NCBI GenBank assembly: GCA_016700315.1
Contig: CP065013.1
Location: 513,449-577,448, forward strand
Length of the DNA: 64,000 bases
Origin: Candidatus Saccharimonadota bacterium
GTDB lineage: Bacteria > Patescibacteriota > Saccharimonadia > Saccharimonadales > SZUA-47
Direction of reading: 5' to 3'
This document shows, piece by piece, positions 17,941-26,616 of the stretch (the first letter of the stretch is position 1; each line of letters opens with the position of its first letter). The translations under genes were made by a program, and so were the position numbers. Under the pieces are notes generated by a model. That model did no database searches and was not told where the DNA came from. It saw only the letters and a program-made list of their open reading frames with translations.

Positions 17941-19052
17941 GTGTCAAGCGTAAACTATACACCGTCTATGCTTTTACTAAAATCAATACTAAACGGTTTT
18001 TTCGCGATCGATTAGCCATCTTCTTTACGGTCATTTTTCCTCTCATCTTTCTGTTTATATTCGGTGGACTTTTTGGCAAAGACACAAGTGTAAGTTTCAA
18101 CATCGCGTTACTCAATAACTCTGGCAGCCAATTTTCTAAGGATTTTGACAAAAACATCCGCGAAGCAAAAGTTTTCAAGGTAAGTGACAAGGCAAATAAT
18201 CTTGATGAGGCCAAGGAAAGAATGAAGCGGGGCGAGCTTGATGGCATAATTATTCTCCCTGAGTCTTTTGGTCAAATCACTGCCGGGCAGACCACACCAA
18301 GCGGTCAAGCAGAAGTACTGTACGCCCAAAACAACGACCAGGCTGGAACGGCTCTGACCTCTGTACTGCAGAGCGTCATGAAGGACATCAACAAGGGCTT
18401 TGGGACGGTCAGTGAGCCGTTCACTGTAAAGGCCGAGGCTAGTAACGACAAGGGACTGTCTAGGCTGGACTATACTTTTGCTGGTCTGCTAGGCTTTTCT
18501 ATCCTAGGAGTTGGTATATTTGGACCTATGAATGTCTTTCCAGAGCTAAAAAAACAAGGAATCTTGCGCCGACTGCATACTACAACATTGCGAGTGTGGC
18601 AGTATTTCTTATCAACCGCAGCATCACAAGTGGCGGTAGGGATACTCTCTTTTGCCATTCAGTTCGCCGTTGCCATTGTGCTGTTTGATCTAAAAGTAGT
18701 TGGAAATTATCTCGAGTTGATCGTTTTCTTGATGCTTAGTACTGTCATGATGCTTGGTATCGGTTTGGCACTTGGTGGCTGGGCTAAGAATGAGCGACAG
18801 GTAGCTCCGCTCGGAAATCTTATCACTTTTCCGATGATTTTTCTTTCAGGCGCCTTCTTTCCAAGATTCATCATGCCAGAGTGGCTACAAAAAGTTAGCG
18901 ATTATATCCCTCTAACTCCGATTATCGACGGAGTTAGACTTATCGCAACAGAAGGTAAGCACCTGACCGAAATTGGATCGCAGGTCGGGCTAGTAGCGGC
19001 CTGGTTAGTGGTAGTCTATCTCATTGCCTTCCGCGTCTTCCGCTGGGAGTAG
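17937..19052 (+). CDS. ABC-2 family transporter permease
   Basis: 4-nt overlap with the ATPase gene. An N-terminal TM helix, a large loop, then five TM helices. Confidence 0.8.
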   Translation: MSVKRKLYTVYAFTKINTKRFFRDRLAIFFTVIFPLIFLFIFGGLFGKDTSVSFNIALLNNSGSQFSKDFDKNIREAKVFKVSDKANNLDEAKERMKRGELDGIIILPESFGQITAGQTTPSGQAEVLYAQNNDQAGTALTSVLQSVMKDINKGFGTVSEPFTVKAEASNDKGLSRLDYTFAGLLGFSILGVGIFGPMNVFPELKKQGILRRLHTTTLRVWQYFLSTAASQVAVGILSFAIQFAVAIVLFDLKVVGNYLELIVFLMLSTVMMLGIGLALGGWAKNERQVAPLGNLITFPMIFLSGAFFPRFIMPEWLQKVSDYIPLTPIIDGVRLIATEGKHLTEIGSQVGLVAAWLVVVYLIAFRVFRWE

Positions 19053-19097
19053 CAGGACTACCTTGCAAACAGAGCTTAAGCGTGATATAGTATATTT

Positions 19098-19394
19098 ATG
19101 CCTAAAGTTAATCCCAATCAACCAAGACTTTTTGCAGATGATGATATGGGCAAATTGTTAACTACTGCCGTTCGTGCAGGCGAACTAATAGTGGAAGCTA
19201 CTATGGATGCAAGTATACCCGGCGCAACCATGCCGACTGATTTAAGACGAAAAATTGATACTAGTCTAGGAATTAGCCCAGACCTACCTGAAGAAGATAA
19301 GCAAAAAGCTCGAGAAGCGGCTAGGTTAGCAAGTGCTAGTAGAACTAGGTTGAGGGAAGAAGCGGCTGCTCGGCACCAGCCTAACAGGTATTAA
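19098..19394 (+). CDS. Hypothetical protein
   Basis: 98 aa, charged. No family recognised. Confidence 0.45.
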   Translation: MPKVNPNQPRLFADDDMGKLLTTAVRAGELIVEATMDASIPGATMPTDLRRKIDTSLGISPDLPEEDKQKAREAARLASASRTRLREEAAARHQPNRY

Positions 19395-19416
19395 TTTATT
19401 CTTAGGCTAACATAAG

Positions 19417-20745
19417 ATGGCAAAAACTCGACCAAACCCAATGCAAGATCCTCTCTTCCCAACAGCTGGTGGAGAGTTTTTTCTCCCTCAAGCAGAGGCT
19501 AGCAATGAAGTTCAACCGTTAGTAAGGAACTTGCAGCTAGTTAACGTTTTAGACTATTTTACAGAGATAGCTAGACTAGAAACGTTTATAAAGTATGGAA
19601 GTACCAAAGACGGTAAAAAAACTCTAGCAAAGCAGTACGGCGGACAAGCTGGGGCTGAGGATGTGTTGCTTAGGTCGCAGTTACGACGCGTAGAACTAGA
19701 CAAAGCAGCAAAACTTGAATACATGCGCGCCGAGGGGTTGTTTGTAGAGTTAGATGCTGGCAAGATAACCCAAAGGGATGCGTGGGAGAAGGCAAGGTCT
19801 GGCTACAGGTCTTTTGCTGAGGAATATGGCTTCACACACCAAAATTCACAGCGTGCAAAAATACGAGAGGAATTGCTAGCTTCTGTCAGACAAAGACAGG
19901 ACTTGGTTACATCAGTACGTAAAAAGTCGGATCTATCTAAAGACGATAATGATAAGCCCAAGCCTATTGATGATCAACTCGACACATGGACTAAGCTACA
20001 AGTAATAAAAAATGATCCTCGGGCCGGTTTTATACCCGCTACAAATCACGAAAAAACAATTGTTCTGGCTTGGTTGGATTACCTGGACAACCCCGTATAT
20101 CCATTTGGTATCAGAAACCAAACCATAGAAATCTATCTTTCCCAGATAGCAAAACATGGCGCTCAAGGCAGAGACTTTGGGGTTCAGGCAGCCGTCAGTC
20201 GTGCATACGAGTTGCAGGACATTCTAACGGATGCTGAGATCTCACTACAACTCTTAAAAGCCTTCCAGTTAGAAGTCGCAGATACGCCTAACCCAGACGT
20301 TTACCTTGAGCAAGAATTTGGCGAGAGCCATCCAGCTTACGCAGTATTGATACGATTTAGAGATCTAAGAGAGCTTGCCCTCACCGGTACAGTAGAAGGT
20401 TTGCGAGGTTCAGCTCTTCGTAGCACACGAAATGAAGAAGCTGTCCCTGATGAGCTAATAGGTCAAAAAAATAAAGTCATTGAAGGCCCCTATACATCAT
20501 TGAAGCTCACCAAGGCTATCGCAAGACGAATTAAGACACAGCCCAAAAAACTGAAAGTTGGTGATGTGCGTAATGACTTTGAAGAAGCGATTGCTGATCA
20601 GGAAATGCGTCGTGATTTTGCCAGAGCCCGCCTAGAAGATATGGCTACAGGAGCTGATGAAAAAGACGAATTGTTGCTAGCCTCTTCAACTGTTGCTCGC
20701 TCCATTCTAGGCTTAAGCAATGAGCTAGATTTGGTAACTGTGTAA
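19417..20745 (+). CDS. Hypothetical protein (442 aa)
   Basis: Long clean ORF with no recognisable motifs. Its stop overlaps the dus start. Confidence 0.6.
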   Translation: MAKTRPNPMQDPLFPTAGGEFFLPQAEASNEVQPLVRNLQLVNVLDYFTEIARLETFIKYGSTKDGKKTLAKQYGGQAGAEDVLLRSQLRRVELDKAAKLEYMRAEGLFVELDAGKITQRDAWEKARSGYRSFAEEYGFTHQNSQRAKIREELLASVRQRQDLVTSVRKKSDLSKDDNDKPKPIDDQLDTWTKLQVIKNDPRAGFIPATNHEKTIVLAWLDYLDNPVYPFGIRNQTIEIYLSQIAKHGAQGRDFGVQAAVSRAYELQDILTDAEISLQLLKAFQLEVADTPNPDVYLEQEFGESHPAYAVLIRFRDLRELALTGTVEGLRGSALRSTRNEEAVPDELIGQKNKVIEGPYTSLKLTKAIARRIKTQPKKLKVGDVRNDFEEAIADQEMRRDFARARLEDMATGADEKDELLLASSTVARSILGLSNELDLVTV

Positions 20746-21731
20746 TGCAGAAATTACTTAAGCCCTTTTTTGTCCTAGCGCCGATGGACGATGTTACGGA
20801 CTGCGTTTTTCGGCAAATCGTGGCTGATTGTGCTAGCCCTGACCTTTTTATGACGGAGTTTATCAACTGCGAGAGTTTGCAAAGTGCTGGCCGTAAAGCC
20901 ACCTATACTCGCACGCTTTATAACGACAAATCAAACCAGGTAATAGCTCAGATATGGGGCAAAATGCCAGAGCATTTTGAGAAATCTGCTCACGAGCTTA
21001 TGCAAATGGGCTTTCACGGTATAGACATAAACTTTGGCTGCCCAGAGAAAACCGTCGTCAAGAACGATTGCTGTAGCGCTATGATCCGTCCTGAAGGCCG
21101 AGAAGCGGCCCTAGAGCTGATTAGGGCTGCCAGGCGGGGAATTGGCTGTGACGGGTTTTTGAGTGTCAAAACAAGGCTCGGATTTAACGAGATAGACTAT
21201 TCTTGGCACGAGCTTCTACTCAAAGAGGGCTTGCAGATGCTAACTGTCCACGTGAGGACACGCAAAGAAATGAGCAATGTGCCGGCCAACTATGAGGCAA
21301 TTAGGCCAATCGTTAAGCTGCGTGATAAGTTAGCACCTAGCACCAAGATTGTCCTAAATGGTGATATCGAAAACCGCTGTCATGGCGAGGAGCTGGCTGC
21401 AAAATACGGTGTTGATGGCCTGATGATTGGGCGTGGAATCTTCCACGATCCGTTTGCTTTTGCTGGCAACAGTCAGTGGAATGCGATGGACGCAGACCAA
21501 AAGATCGGGCTTTTTGTAAAACACCTCCAGCTTTTTAAGGCCACTTGGCCGAATGGTGAACGTAGCTATCAAACCATGAAAAAGTTTGCCAAAATTTATA
21601 TCAACGGCTTCGACGGCGCCAAAGCTATTCGTGAACAAATCATGCAAACTAACAGCGTCGACGAAGCTCTAGAGCTGATAGCTAGTCCGACAAAGGCGGA
21701 CTTGGAACGAGGGGAAAACTCTAAACCCTAA
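20745..21731 (+). CDS. dus: tRNA-dihydrouridine synthase
   Basis: LAPMDDVTD...DINFGCP...VHVRTR is typical of the Dus FMN TIM barrel. The last 9 codons or so lie inside repeat H3. Confidence 0.85.
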   Translation: MQKLLKPFFVLAPMDDVTDCVFRQIVADCASPDLFMTEFINCESLQSAGRKATYTRTLYNDKSNQVIAQIWGKMPEHFEKSAHELMQMGFHGIDINFGCPEKTVVKNDCCSAMIRPEGREAALELIRAARRGIGCDGFLSVKTRLGFNEIDYSWHELLLKEGLQMLTVHVRTRKEMSNVPANYEAIRPIVKLRDKLAPSTKIVLNGDIENRCHGEELAAKYGVDGLMIGRGIFHDPFAFAGNSQWNAMDADQKIGLFVKHLQLFKATWPNGERSYQTMKKFAKIYINGFDGAKAIREQIMQTNSVDEALELIASPTKADLERGENSKP

Positions 21732-22006
21732 GCTCTAAATTATAAACAAAGATAGTATCAAGTATGAATTAGACCCTAGACCCTAGACCCTAGACCCTGG
21801 TCCGTAGGAGGTACGGGGTAATACTTGCTGGTCCCTAGTCCCTAGTCCCTAGTTCTTGGCTCATGACTCTTGACTCTTGGCTCTATTTGAACAGTACGCA
21901 GTACGGAGTACGAGGTACGCAGCAAAGAGTCATCAGTATTTATCTATAAACCATAAACTATTAACTCAACCCTGGTCCCTAATCCCTAAACACTCTAACC
22001 TCTAAC
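21704..22006 (-). repeat. Heptamer-chain intergenic element (H3), right arm of the inverted pair plus an extra module
   Basis: Contains (TAGACCC)x4, (TCCCTAG)x3 and GTACGCA GTACGGA GTACGAG GTACGCA. It differs from H2 by SNPs and by two exact 7-nt indels. Confidence 0.85.
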
Positions 22007-22339
22007 CTAGTTTCTTGAGCCCCAGCTCGACATCATGTCTAAGATGTCACAGAGGCCTTGACCCTTATGTGTCAGAGAGTAGCGATATCGCGGAGGGTGC
22101 TTACAATAAAGTGTTTTCTCAACGATCTTTTCTCTTTGAAGTTTGTCTAAGCGGGCACTTAGCGTGCGTGGGCTTATTCCGACTAAGCTAGACTCCAACT
22201 TGCTAAAGGGCAAGCCTTGTTCGGAAATTTGAGCAAGTATTAGAGCTGTCCATTTGTCACCCAAAATCTGAAGAGTGGCATCAATAGAGTTCAGTTTGTT
22301 TTTGGGCTTAGCTTTGGTTAGTCGGGTAATAATTGCCAT
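22007..22339 (-). CDS. HxlR-family winged-helix transcriptional regulator
   Basis: LQILGDKWTALIL...GISPRTLSARLDKLQREKIVEK...YSLTHKG. Confidence 0.8.
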   Translation of the reverse strand: MAIITRLTKAKPKNKLNSIDATLQILGDKWTALILAQISEQGLPFSKLESSLVGISPRTLSARLDKLQREKIVEKTLYCKHPPRYRYSLTHKGQGLCDILDMMSSWGSRN

Positions 22340-22663
22340 TTCCCTTCTATATTAATCTTATATACTATACATTGTAAAGTCGTATTTAAACAGTTTTATT
22401 AAATTTTGTGTCTAGGTTTAATTAGCTATACAAAATGAAGTTGCTGGGTAATAGGAGTTTGTTTTATTTACTTTCTTTAAAAATTCACGCTAAGAGAGTA
22501 AAAACAAGTTTTTTGTCGGTTTTTTCCTATCAAAAGTGATAACATGCCGGCCACGCTATTAAACAACAGAGCATAATATGAAATCAGTTACAGTTAGATT
22601 TGGGTAGTGACCCCTGAATCATTTTTTGTTATACTCTATCTGTTAGTTAAAGTTTCTAGCCTT

Positions 22664-22739
22664 GGGGGTGTAGCTCAGGGGTTAGAGCAGCGGGCTCATA
22701 ACCTGTTGGTCGTTGGTTCAATTCCAACCACCCCCACCA
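22664..22739 (+). tRNA. tRNA with CAT anticodon (Met or Ile2)
   Basis: Manual cloverleaf: GGGGGTG / GCTC-AGGGGTTA-GAGC / loop CTCATAA / GTTGG-TTCAATT-CCAAC / CACCCCC-ACCA. Confidence 0.85.
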
Positions 22740-22789
22740 AAAGTATTCAATTTCCTTACTGTTGCCAAAAAGCCGTATAATACTGTTAC

Positions 22790-23251
22790 ATGCGGCAAAA
22801 ATTCGAAAAAGTCTATGAGCTGATCAAAAAATATGAGCTGAACGATGTACGCAACATTGGTTTAATGGTTTTTGTTGTCATGGTTTTGGCGGTGACGTGG
22901 AGTGGCTCTAAAGCGGTGCAGCAGAACTATGAGCTCTCAAAACGTGCTAGTAAAATCGAACAAGAAAATGCGGTTTTGGAGCTAGAGAACCAAACTCAGA
23001 AGCTCAAAAACGAATACTTTAAAACAGATGAATACAAAGAGCTAGAAGCCAGAAGGGTATTGGGGCGGGCAGCACCCGGAGAGACGGTTTACATTATCCC
23101 CAAGTCATTGGCGCTTTCTAAGGTAAAAATACCCGAGTCCTCAGCAAAAGTCGAAGAAGCTGCACCGCAAACTGAGGTAAAAAAATCTCGAACCCAAGCT
23201 AATTTTGAATCATGGATGGATTTTTTCTTCGGTAGACAAAATAGCTTGTAG
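22790..23251 (+). CDS. Septum formation initiator (FtsB/DivIC family)
   Basis: One TM helix followed by the coiled coil NYELSKRASKIEQENAVLELENQTQKLKNE...EARRVLG. Confidence 0.7.
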   Translation: MRQKFEKVYELIKKYELNDVRNIGLMVFVVMVLAVTWSGSKAVQQNYELSKRASKIEQENAVLELENQTQKLKNEYFKTDEYKELEARRVLGRAAPGETVYIIPKSLALSKVKIPESSAKVEEAAPQTEVKKSRTQANFESWMDFFFGRQNSL

Positions 23252-23254
23252 ATC

Positions 23255-23490
23255 ATGCGTAGGGCGGCTGGGGTTGAGTTAATAGTTTATGGTTTATAGA
23301 AAACTGCTGAATACCGTTTACTGAAGACTGTTTACTGTGTATCGAATGAAACTAATACGTACCGTGTACTGTGCTAGGTTAGAGGTTAGAGTGATTAGGA
23401 AGGCTACGGACCAGGGACTAGGGTCTAGGGACTATTTTATAATTTAGAGCTTAGGATTTAGAGTTTTCCCCTCACGTTCACTGTTATAAT
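23255..23490 (+). repeat. Heptamer-chain intergenic element (H4)
   Basis: GTTAATA GTTTATG GTTTATA ... AGGTTAG AGGTTAG ... CTAGGGT CTAGGGA ... GAGCTTA GGATTTA GAGTTTT CCCCTC. It shares its end modules with H2 and H3. Confidence 0.8.
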
Positions 23491-23516
23491 GTAAGAAGTA
23501 AAACTAGGGGAGTACT

Positions 23517-24044
23517 ATGAATCTAGATTTTTTGAATCGAGCCACAGAAACAGCTAGAGCAATTGCCAAAGTTGCAGGCCCTGGGATAGAAGGTCAAGTT
23601 AGTTTTACAGAATACGAGGAAAAAGGCTGGAAGTACGTAGTAGTAGCCGCAGATGTTAGTGGTGATCCTGAGGTTTTGAAGCAAGGTAAGCACGCTATGC
23701 ATATTCACGAAAAAGGTGATTGCGAATGTGAAGGATTTAAGTGCGCCGGCGGGCATTTTGATCCAGGGGTATCGGGCAATTCTGACCCCGATGCCAACCA
23801 CGGCTATCACGCTGGCGATCTGCCAAATCTCGAAGTCGACACATCTGGGCACGGCACAATGAGGACGATTACAACTCGTGTTACTTTAAGCGACGGCCCT
23901 GTCTCCATATTATCGGCTGAATCAGCACCAGAAGGCACGTCCGTCATGATACATGCAAATGAGGACCCTTATACACCTGGAGAGTCTGGTTCTGGCCACA
24001 GTGGCGGCCCTCGTCTAGCTTGCGGCAAAATAGAACGTCAATAA
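23517..24044 (+). CDS. sodC: Cu/Zn superoxide dismutase
   Basis: MHIHEKGDC, GGHFDP, HAGDLPNL, HANEDPY and GGPRLACG. No obvious signal peptide. Confidence 0.85.
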   Translation: MNLDFLNRATETARAIAKVAGPGIEGQVSFTEYEEKGWKYVVVAADVSGDPEVLKQGKHAMHIHEKGDCECEGFKCAGGHFDPGVSGNSDPDANHGYHAGDLPNLEVDTSGHGTMRTITTRVTLSDGPVSILSAESAPEGTSVMIHANEDPYTPGESGSGHSGGPRLACGKIERQ

Positions 24045-24104
24045 TCCTTAGCCTGTATTGTTAACCCGCAGGGATTACCATCAAGATCTGTTTTAGTATA
24101 TTCT

Positions 24105-24198
24105 AACCCTTTCCAAGTTTCCAAGGACTATCCTTGGAAAGGGTTTAACAGATCATGCGTATTGAATGAACGTCACTCCAAGGATAGTCCTTGGAGTG
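24105..24198. repeat. Pair of palindromic hairpin units in opposite orientation
   Basis: CCAAGGACTATCCTTGG at 24121-24137 and its exact reverse complement CCAAGGATAGTCCTTGG at 24178-24194. The first carries an 8-nt tandem duplication, TTTCCAAG x2. Confidence 0.6.
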
Positions 24199-24341
24199 TC
24201 TTGGAGCGTAGGGGGGATGGTATATTATGAGTTTTCCACAGTATTTATGCAAACTTTAAGTGTCTACTAAGCAGCTTTTTAGATATGGCTGGCATAGTAA
24301 GGCGTAGGTCCCAAAAAGTGGGGCTATAGAGAAAGGATAAA

Positions 24342-24842
24342 ATGAAGAAAAGTAAAATGTTTGTGGTGGGTGCAGTAACGGCTGCAAGTATGTTTGGAGT
24401 AGCGGGAGCTAGCTTGGTCTCGGCGGCTAGTTCTACTACTGGTGCTGACAGCTTGGTTGATAAAATCGCTACCAAGTTTAACCTCAATAAAGTTGATGTT
24501 AAAGCAGTCTTTGATGAGGAGCATGCAGCTCGCGAGGCTGAGCAAACTGCCGAAGTTAAGACTAAGCTAGAGCAGCTAGTCACTGACGGCAAACTGACAG
24601 CCGAGCAGAAGGACAAGTTACTAGCCAAGCGCGATGAGCTGCAAAAACAGCGAGACGCTGATCGTGAAGCTATGCAGAACAAAACCGAAGCTGAGCGAAA
24701 GACAGCCATGGAAGCAAAGCGAGCTGAGCTGGATAAGTGGGCTAGCGACAATGGTATCGACAAGCAGTATCTAAGATTCCTCATGGGAGGTGCTCGAGGT
24801 CATGGCCACGGCGGGCACGGTCTTAGGGGCGGTGATCAGTAG
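24342..24842 (+). CDS. Secreted coiled-coil protein with a His/Gly-rich tail
   Basis: Signal peptide MKKSKMFVVGAVTAASMFGVAGASLVSAAS, an AAAGGA RBS, and the tail GHGHGGHGLRGG. Confidence 0.7.
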   Translation: MKKSKMFVVGAVTAASMFGVAGASLVSAASSTTGADSLVDKIATKFNLNKVDVKAVFDEEHAAREAEQTAEVKTKLEQLVTDGKLTAEQKDKLLAKRDELQKQRDADREAMQNKTEAERKTAMEAKRAELDKWASDNGIDKQYLRFLMGGARGHGHGGHGLRGGDQ

Positions 24843-24887
24843 GCAAGAGCAGCCTTAGCCTAGGTATAGAGGAACGCCGTTACGGAT

Positions 24888-24928
24888 AACTATGGTCTGC
24901 GGAGTGCATCCGCAGACCATAGTTTTTC
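24888..24928 (+). terminator. Rho-independent terminator
   Basis: AACTATGGTCTGCGGA-GTGCA-TCCGCAGACCATAGTT followed by TTT. Confidence 0.8.
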
Positions 24929-24979
24929 CAGAATTCTCAGATGCTAAAACTCCAGATTTTGTTGTTCTATTTTTATCTG

Positions 24980-25609
24980 CTATTGTTTCTGGGAATAAGA
25001 ATACAACCAGTCAAGATCTCTGTTGTCATTACCAAACCTACTAAGGTCATTGACGTAGTGCCAGCTAACCTCTTTGAGGCCAGCAGCTTTTAATAGCTCG
25101 AGAAAGGTTTCATGGGTTTTGAAATTAAAGAACCTAGTAAAGTTACTTGTAAACTTCTCTAAAATTTCTTTTGTACCTTCACCTTTTTTGAATGAGACAG
25201 CGAGGATGGCCCCCGGTTTCATGATTCTATTAAATTCCTTAAGTGCGAGCAGTACGTCACTATCATCGAGATGTAGTAAAGTTGCGTTACACCATATACC
25301 ATCAAACGTATTTTCATTAAAACCTGTTGCTCGGACGTCAGTAACCTTGAAGTCTACGTCGCTGCAGAGCTTTTTTGCTCGTTCTATTAAAGCAGCCGAA
25401 AGGTCTACGCCCTTTAACCGGTAGCCTCTGCTTTGCATGTAGGTTGTGTCTCTGCCGAACGCACAGCCGGCGTCAAGTATTAGCGAACCGGTCTCAAGCA
25501 TATCCAAAAATTGATCTATTTCACCTTTGGGTAACATAAGTCTGGTGCTGTTTTCATAAGTTGTTGTGTCGTCGTAAGCTTTTATGGTTTTTGAAATGTA
25601 ATCGTCCAT
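24980..25609 (-). CDS. Class I SAM-dependent methyltransferase
   Basis: Motif I ILDAGCAFGRD, with downstream DGIWCNATLLH. Confidence 0.75.
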   Translation of the reverse strand: MDDYISKTIKAYDDTTTYENSTRLMLPKGEIDQFLDMLETGSLILDAGCAFGRDTTYMQSRGYRLKGVDLSAALIERAKKLCSDVDFKVTDVRATGFNENTFDGIWCNATLLHLDDSDVLLALKEFNRIMKPGAILAVSFKKGEGTKEILEKFTSNFTRFFNFKTHETFLELLKAAGLKEVSWHYVNDLSRFGNDNRDLDWLYSYSQKQ

Positions 25610-25696
25610 ACAAACAGCATATCAAAACCCGCGTATCAAAAGATGGACTTTGAATTATGTAGTCCCTGAATCTAGGCATGATTTATTTTACAGTCT

Positions 25697-25738
25697 AAGA
25701 AAAAAGCCCCAGATAAACTGGGACTCTTTTCTTGGTAG
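25697..25738 (-). repeat. 42-bp perfect copy of the sequence immediately 3' of tRNA-fMet (CCA tail plus terminator)
   Basis: Identical to 26581-26622. Confidence 0.85.
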
Positions 25739-26388
25739 GCATGGATAGGATCGCTTGGAATCAAATTAAGGAAGAATTAACCATTTCTTTTAAGATGTAA
25801 TCGGACCTTTTGAAGTCGCTAGCCCTCTACACGAAGTCGATTAGGGCACTTTCTGTACTTAAATCTATTTTAACCTGCTGGTCAAAAAAAGATGCCAAAG
25901 GATTATTAAAGATCCACTCCTTCCAGTTTTCAATTCTCTGCAATTCTGCTGGGCGCTCAAGTTGAAGCAGAGGTATATGTAGTTCATTTGCAATTATATC
26001 TAGGTGTGATGTCCCTACCGGCTGTGAGGCAGCTTTATTAGCTGGATGCACTCCAAAAGTCAAGACTCCAGCGAATCTATCTTCGGCCCGCATTTCTTCG
26101 ATTGTAGATATTTCAAAAAGAGCGTCTAATTCATCGATAAACAGTGCTATGACTTTTGAGGATGACAAGGGTCTAATTCGTTCCCAACTATCGTTTAGTT
26201 GTACTTCATACTCTGAATAACGAATACCATTGTCGTAGGCAATTACGCCCTCGATTACATCGGGACAATAGGCATTACGTTTTGCAATAGAATATTCAGC
26301 CATGCTACATATATTATATACTAAAAAGTAAACTATACAAGCCCGCGCAGAACAAAAAGAACGGTTCTAAACCGTCCTAATCCGGATG
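25739..26388. mobile_element. Candidate 650-bp insertion flanked by a 9-bp direct repeat
   Basis: TCTTGGTAG occurs at 25730-25738 and 26389-26397. The ends are imperfectly inverted (GCATGGATAGGA vs the reverse complement CATCCGGATTAGGA). The only cargo is the 158-aa ORF. Confidence 0.35.
25827..26303 (-). CDS. Hypothetical acidic protein (158 aa)
   Basis: Clean ORF. No family recognised. Confidence 0.5.
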   Translation of the reverse strand: MAEYSIAKRNAYCPDVIEGVIAYDNGIRYSEYEVQLNDSWERIRPLSSSKVIALFIDELDALFEISTIEEMRAEDRFAGVLTFGVHPANKAASQPVGTSHLDIIANELHIPLLQLERPAELQRIENWKEWIFNNPLASFFDQQVKIDLSTESALIDFV

Positions 26389-26391
26389 TCT

Positions 26392-26413
26392 TGGTAGCGG
26401 GGGGCAGGACTTG
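26392..26413 (-). other. Partial duplicate of the tRNA-fMet 3' end (att-like)
   Basis: The minus-strand CAAGTCCTGCCCCCCGCTACCA matches the T-loop-to-CCA portion of the tRNA at 26617-26691 apart from one extra C. Confidence 0.8.
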
Positions 26414-26580
26414 GTCACGATCTCGGTAATCCGCCTGCTGGCGGATTCAGCCGAGTCCCGACCCGCTCTCGCCAGACTGTCAACAAGTTGCCAATCTGGA
26501 CTTCGGGTTTCCGAAGCGCCACTGGCGCTTCTCACCTGCGGCCTCAATGAGTTCGCTGGCTAAGTACTACACCTACAACC
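26414..26580 (-). other. GC-rich hairpin-dense spacer (X1) between the tRNA 3'-end repeats
   Basis: Visibly more GC-rich than its surroundings. Hairpins include GAAGCGCC-AGT-GGCGCTTC, CTTCGG-AAAC-CCGAAG and AATCCGCC-AGCAG-GGCGGATT. No ORF. Confidence 0.4.
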
Positions 26581-26583
26581 AAG

Positions 26584-26610
26584 AAAAAAGCCCCAGATAA
26601 ACTGGGACTC
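26584..26610 (-). terminator. Terminator after tRNA-fMet
   Basis: The minus strand reads GAGTCCCAG-TTTAT-CTGGGGC followed by TTTTTT. Confidence 0.55.
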
Positions 26611-26616
26611 TTTTCT

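Noticed and set aside
24245-24784. 179-aa Ser/Leu/Cys-rich ORF on the minus strand.
   Set aside because: It is antisense to ORF 24342-24842, which has an RBS, a signal peptide and a downstream terminator. The composition is typical of the reverse frame of a Lys/Glu/Ala coiled coil.
26392-26580. X1 plus the partial tRNA end considered as a tmRNA or an intron-containing tRNA gene.
   Set aside because: There is no 5' GGGG acceptor partner. The T-stem 5' strand is not present, since homology to the tRNA starts only within the T-loop. The best internal hairpin has a 5-nt loop without U33. It is kept only as an unknown structured spacer.
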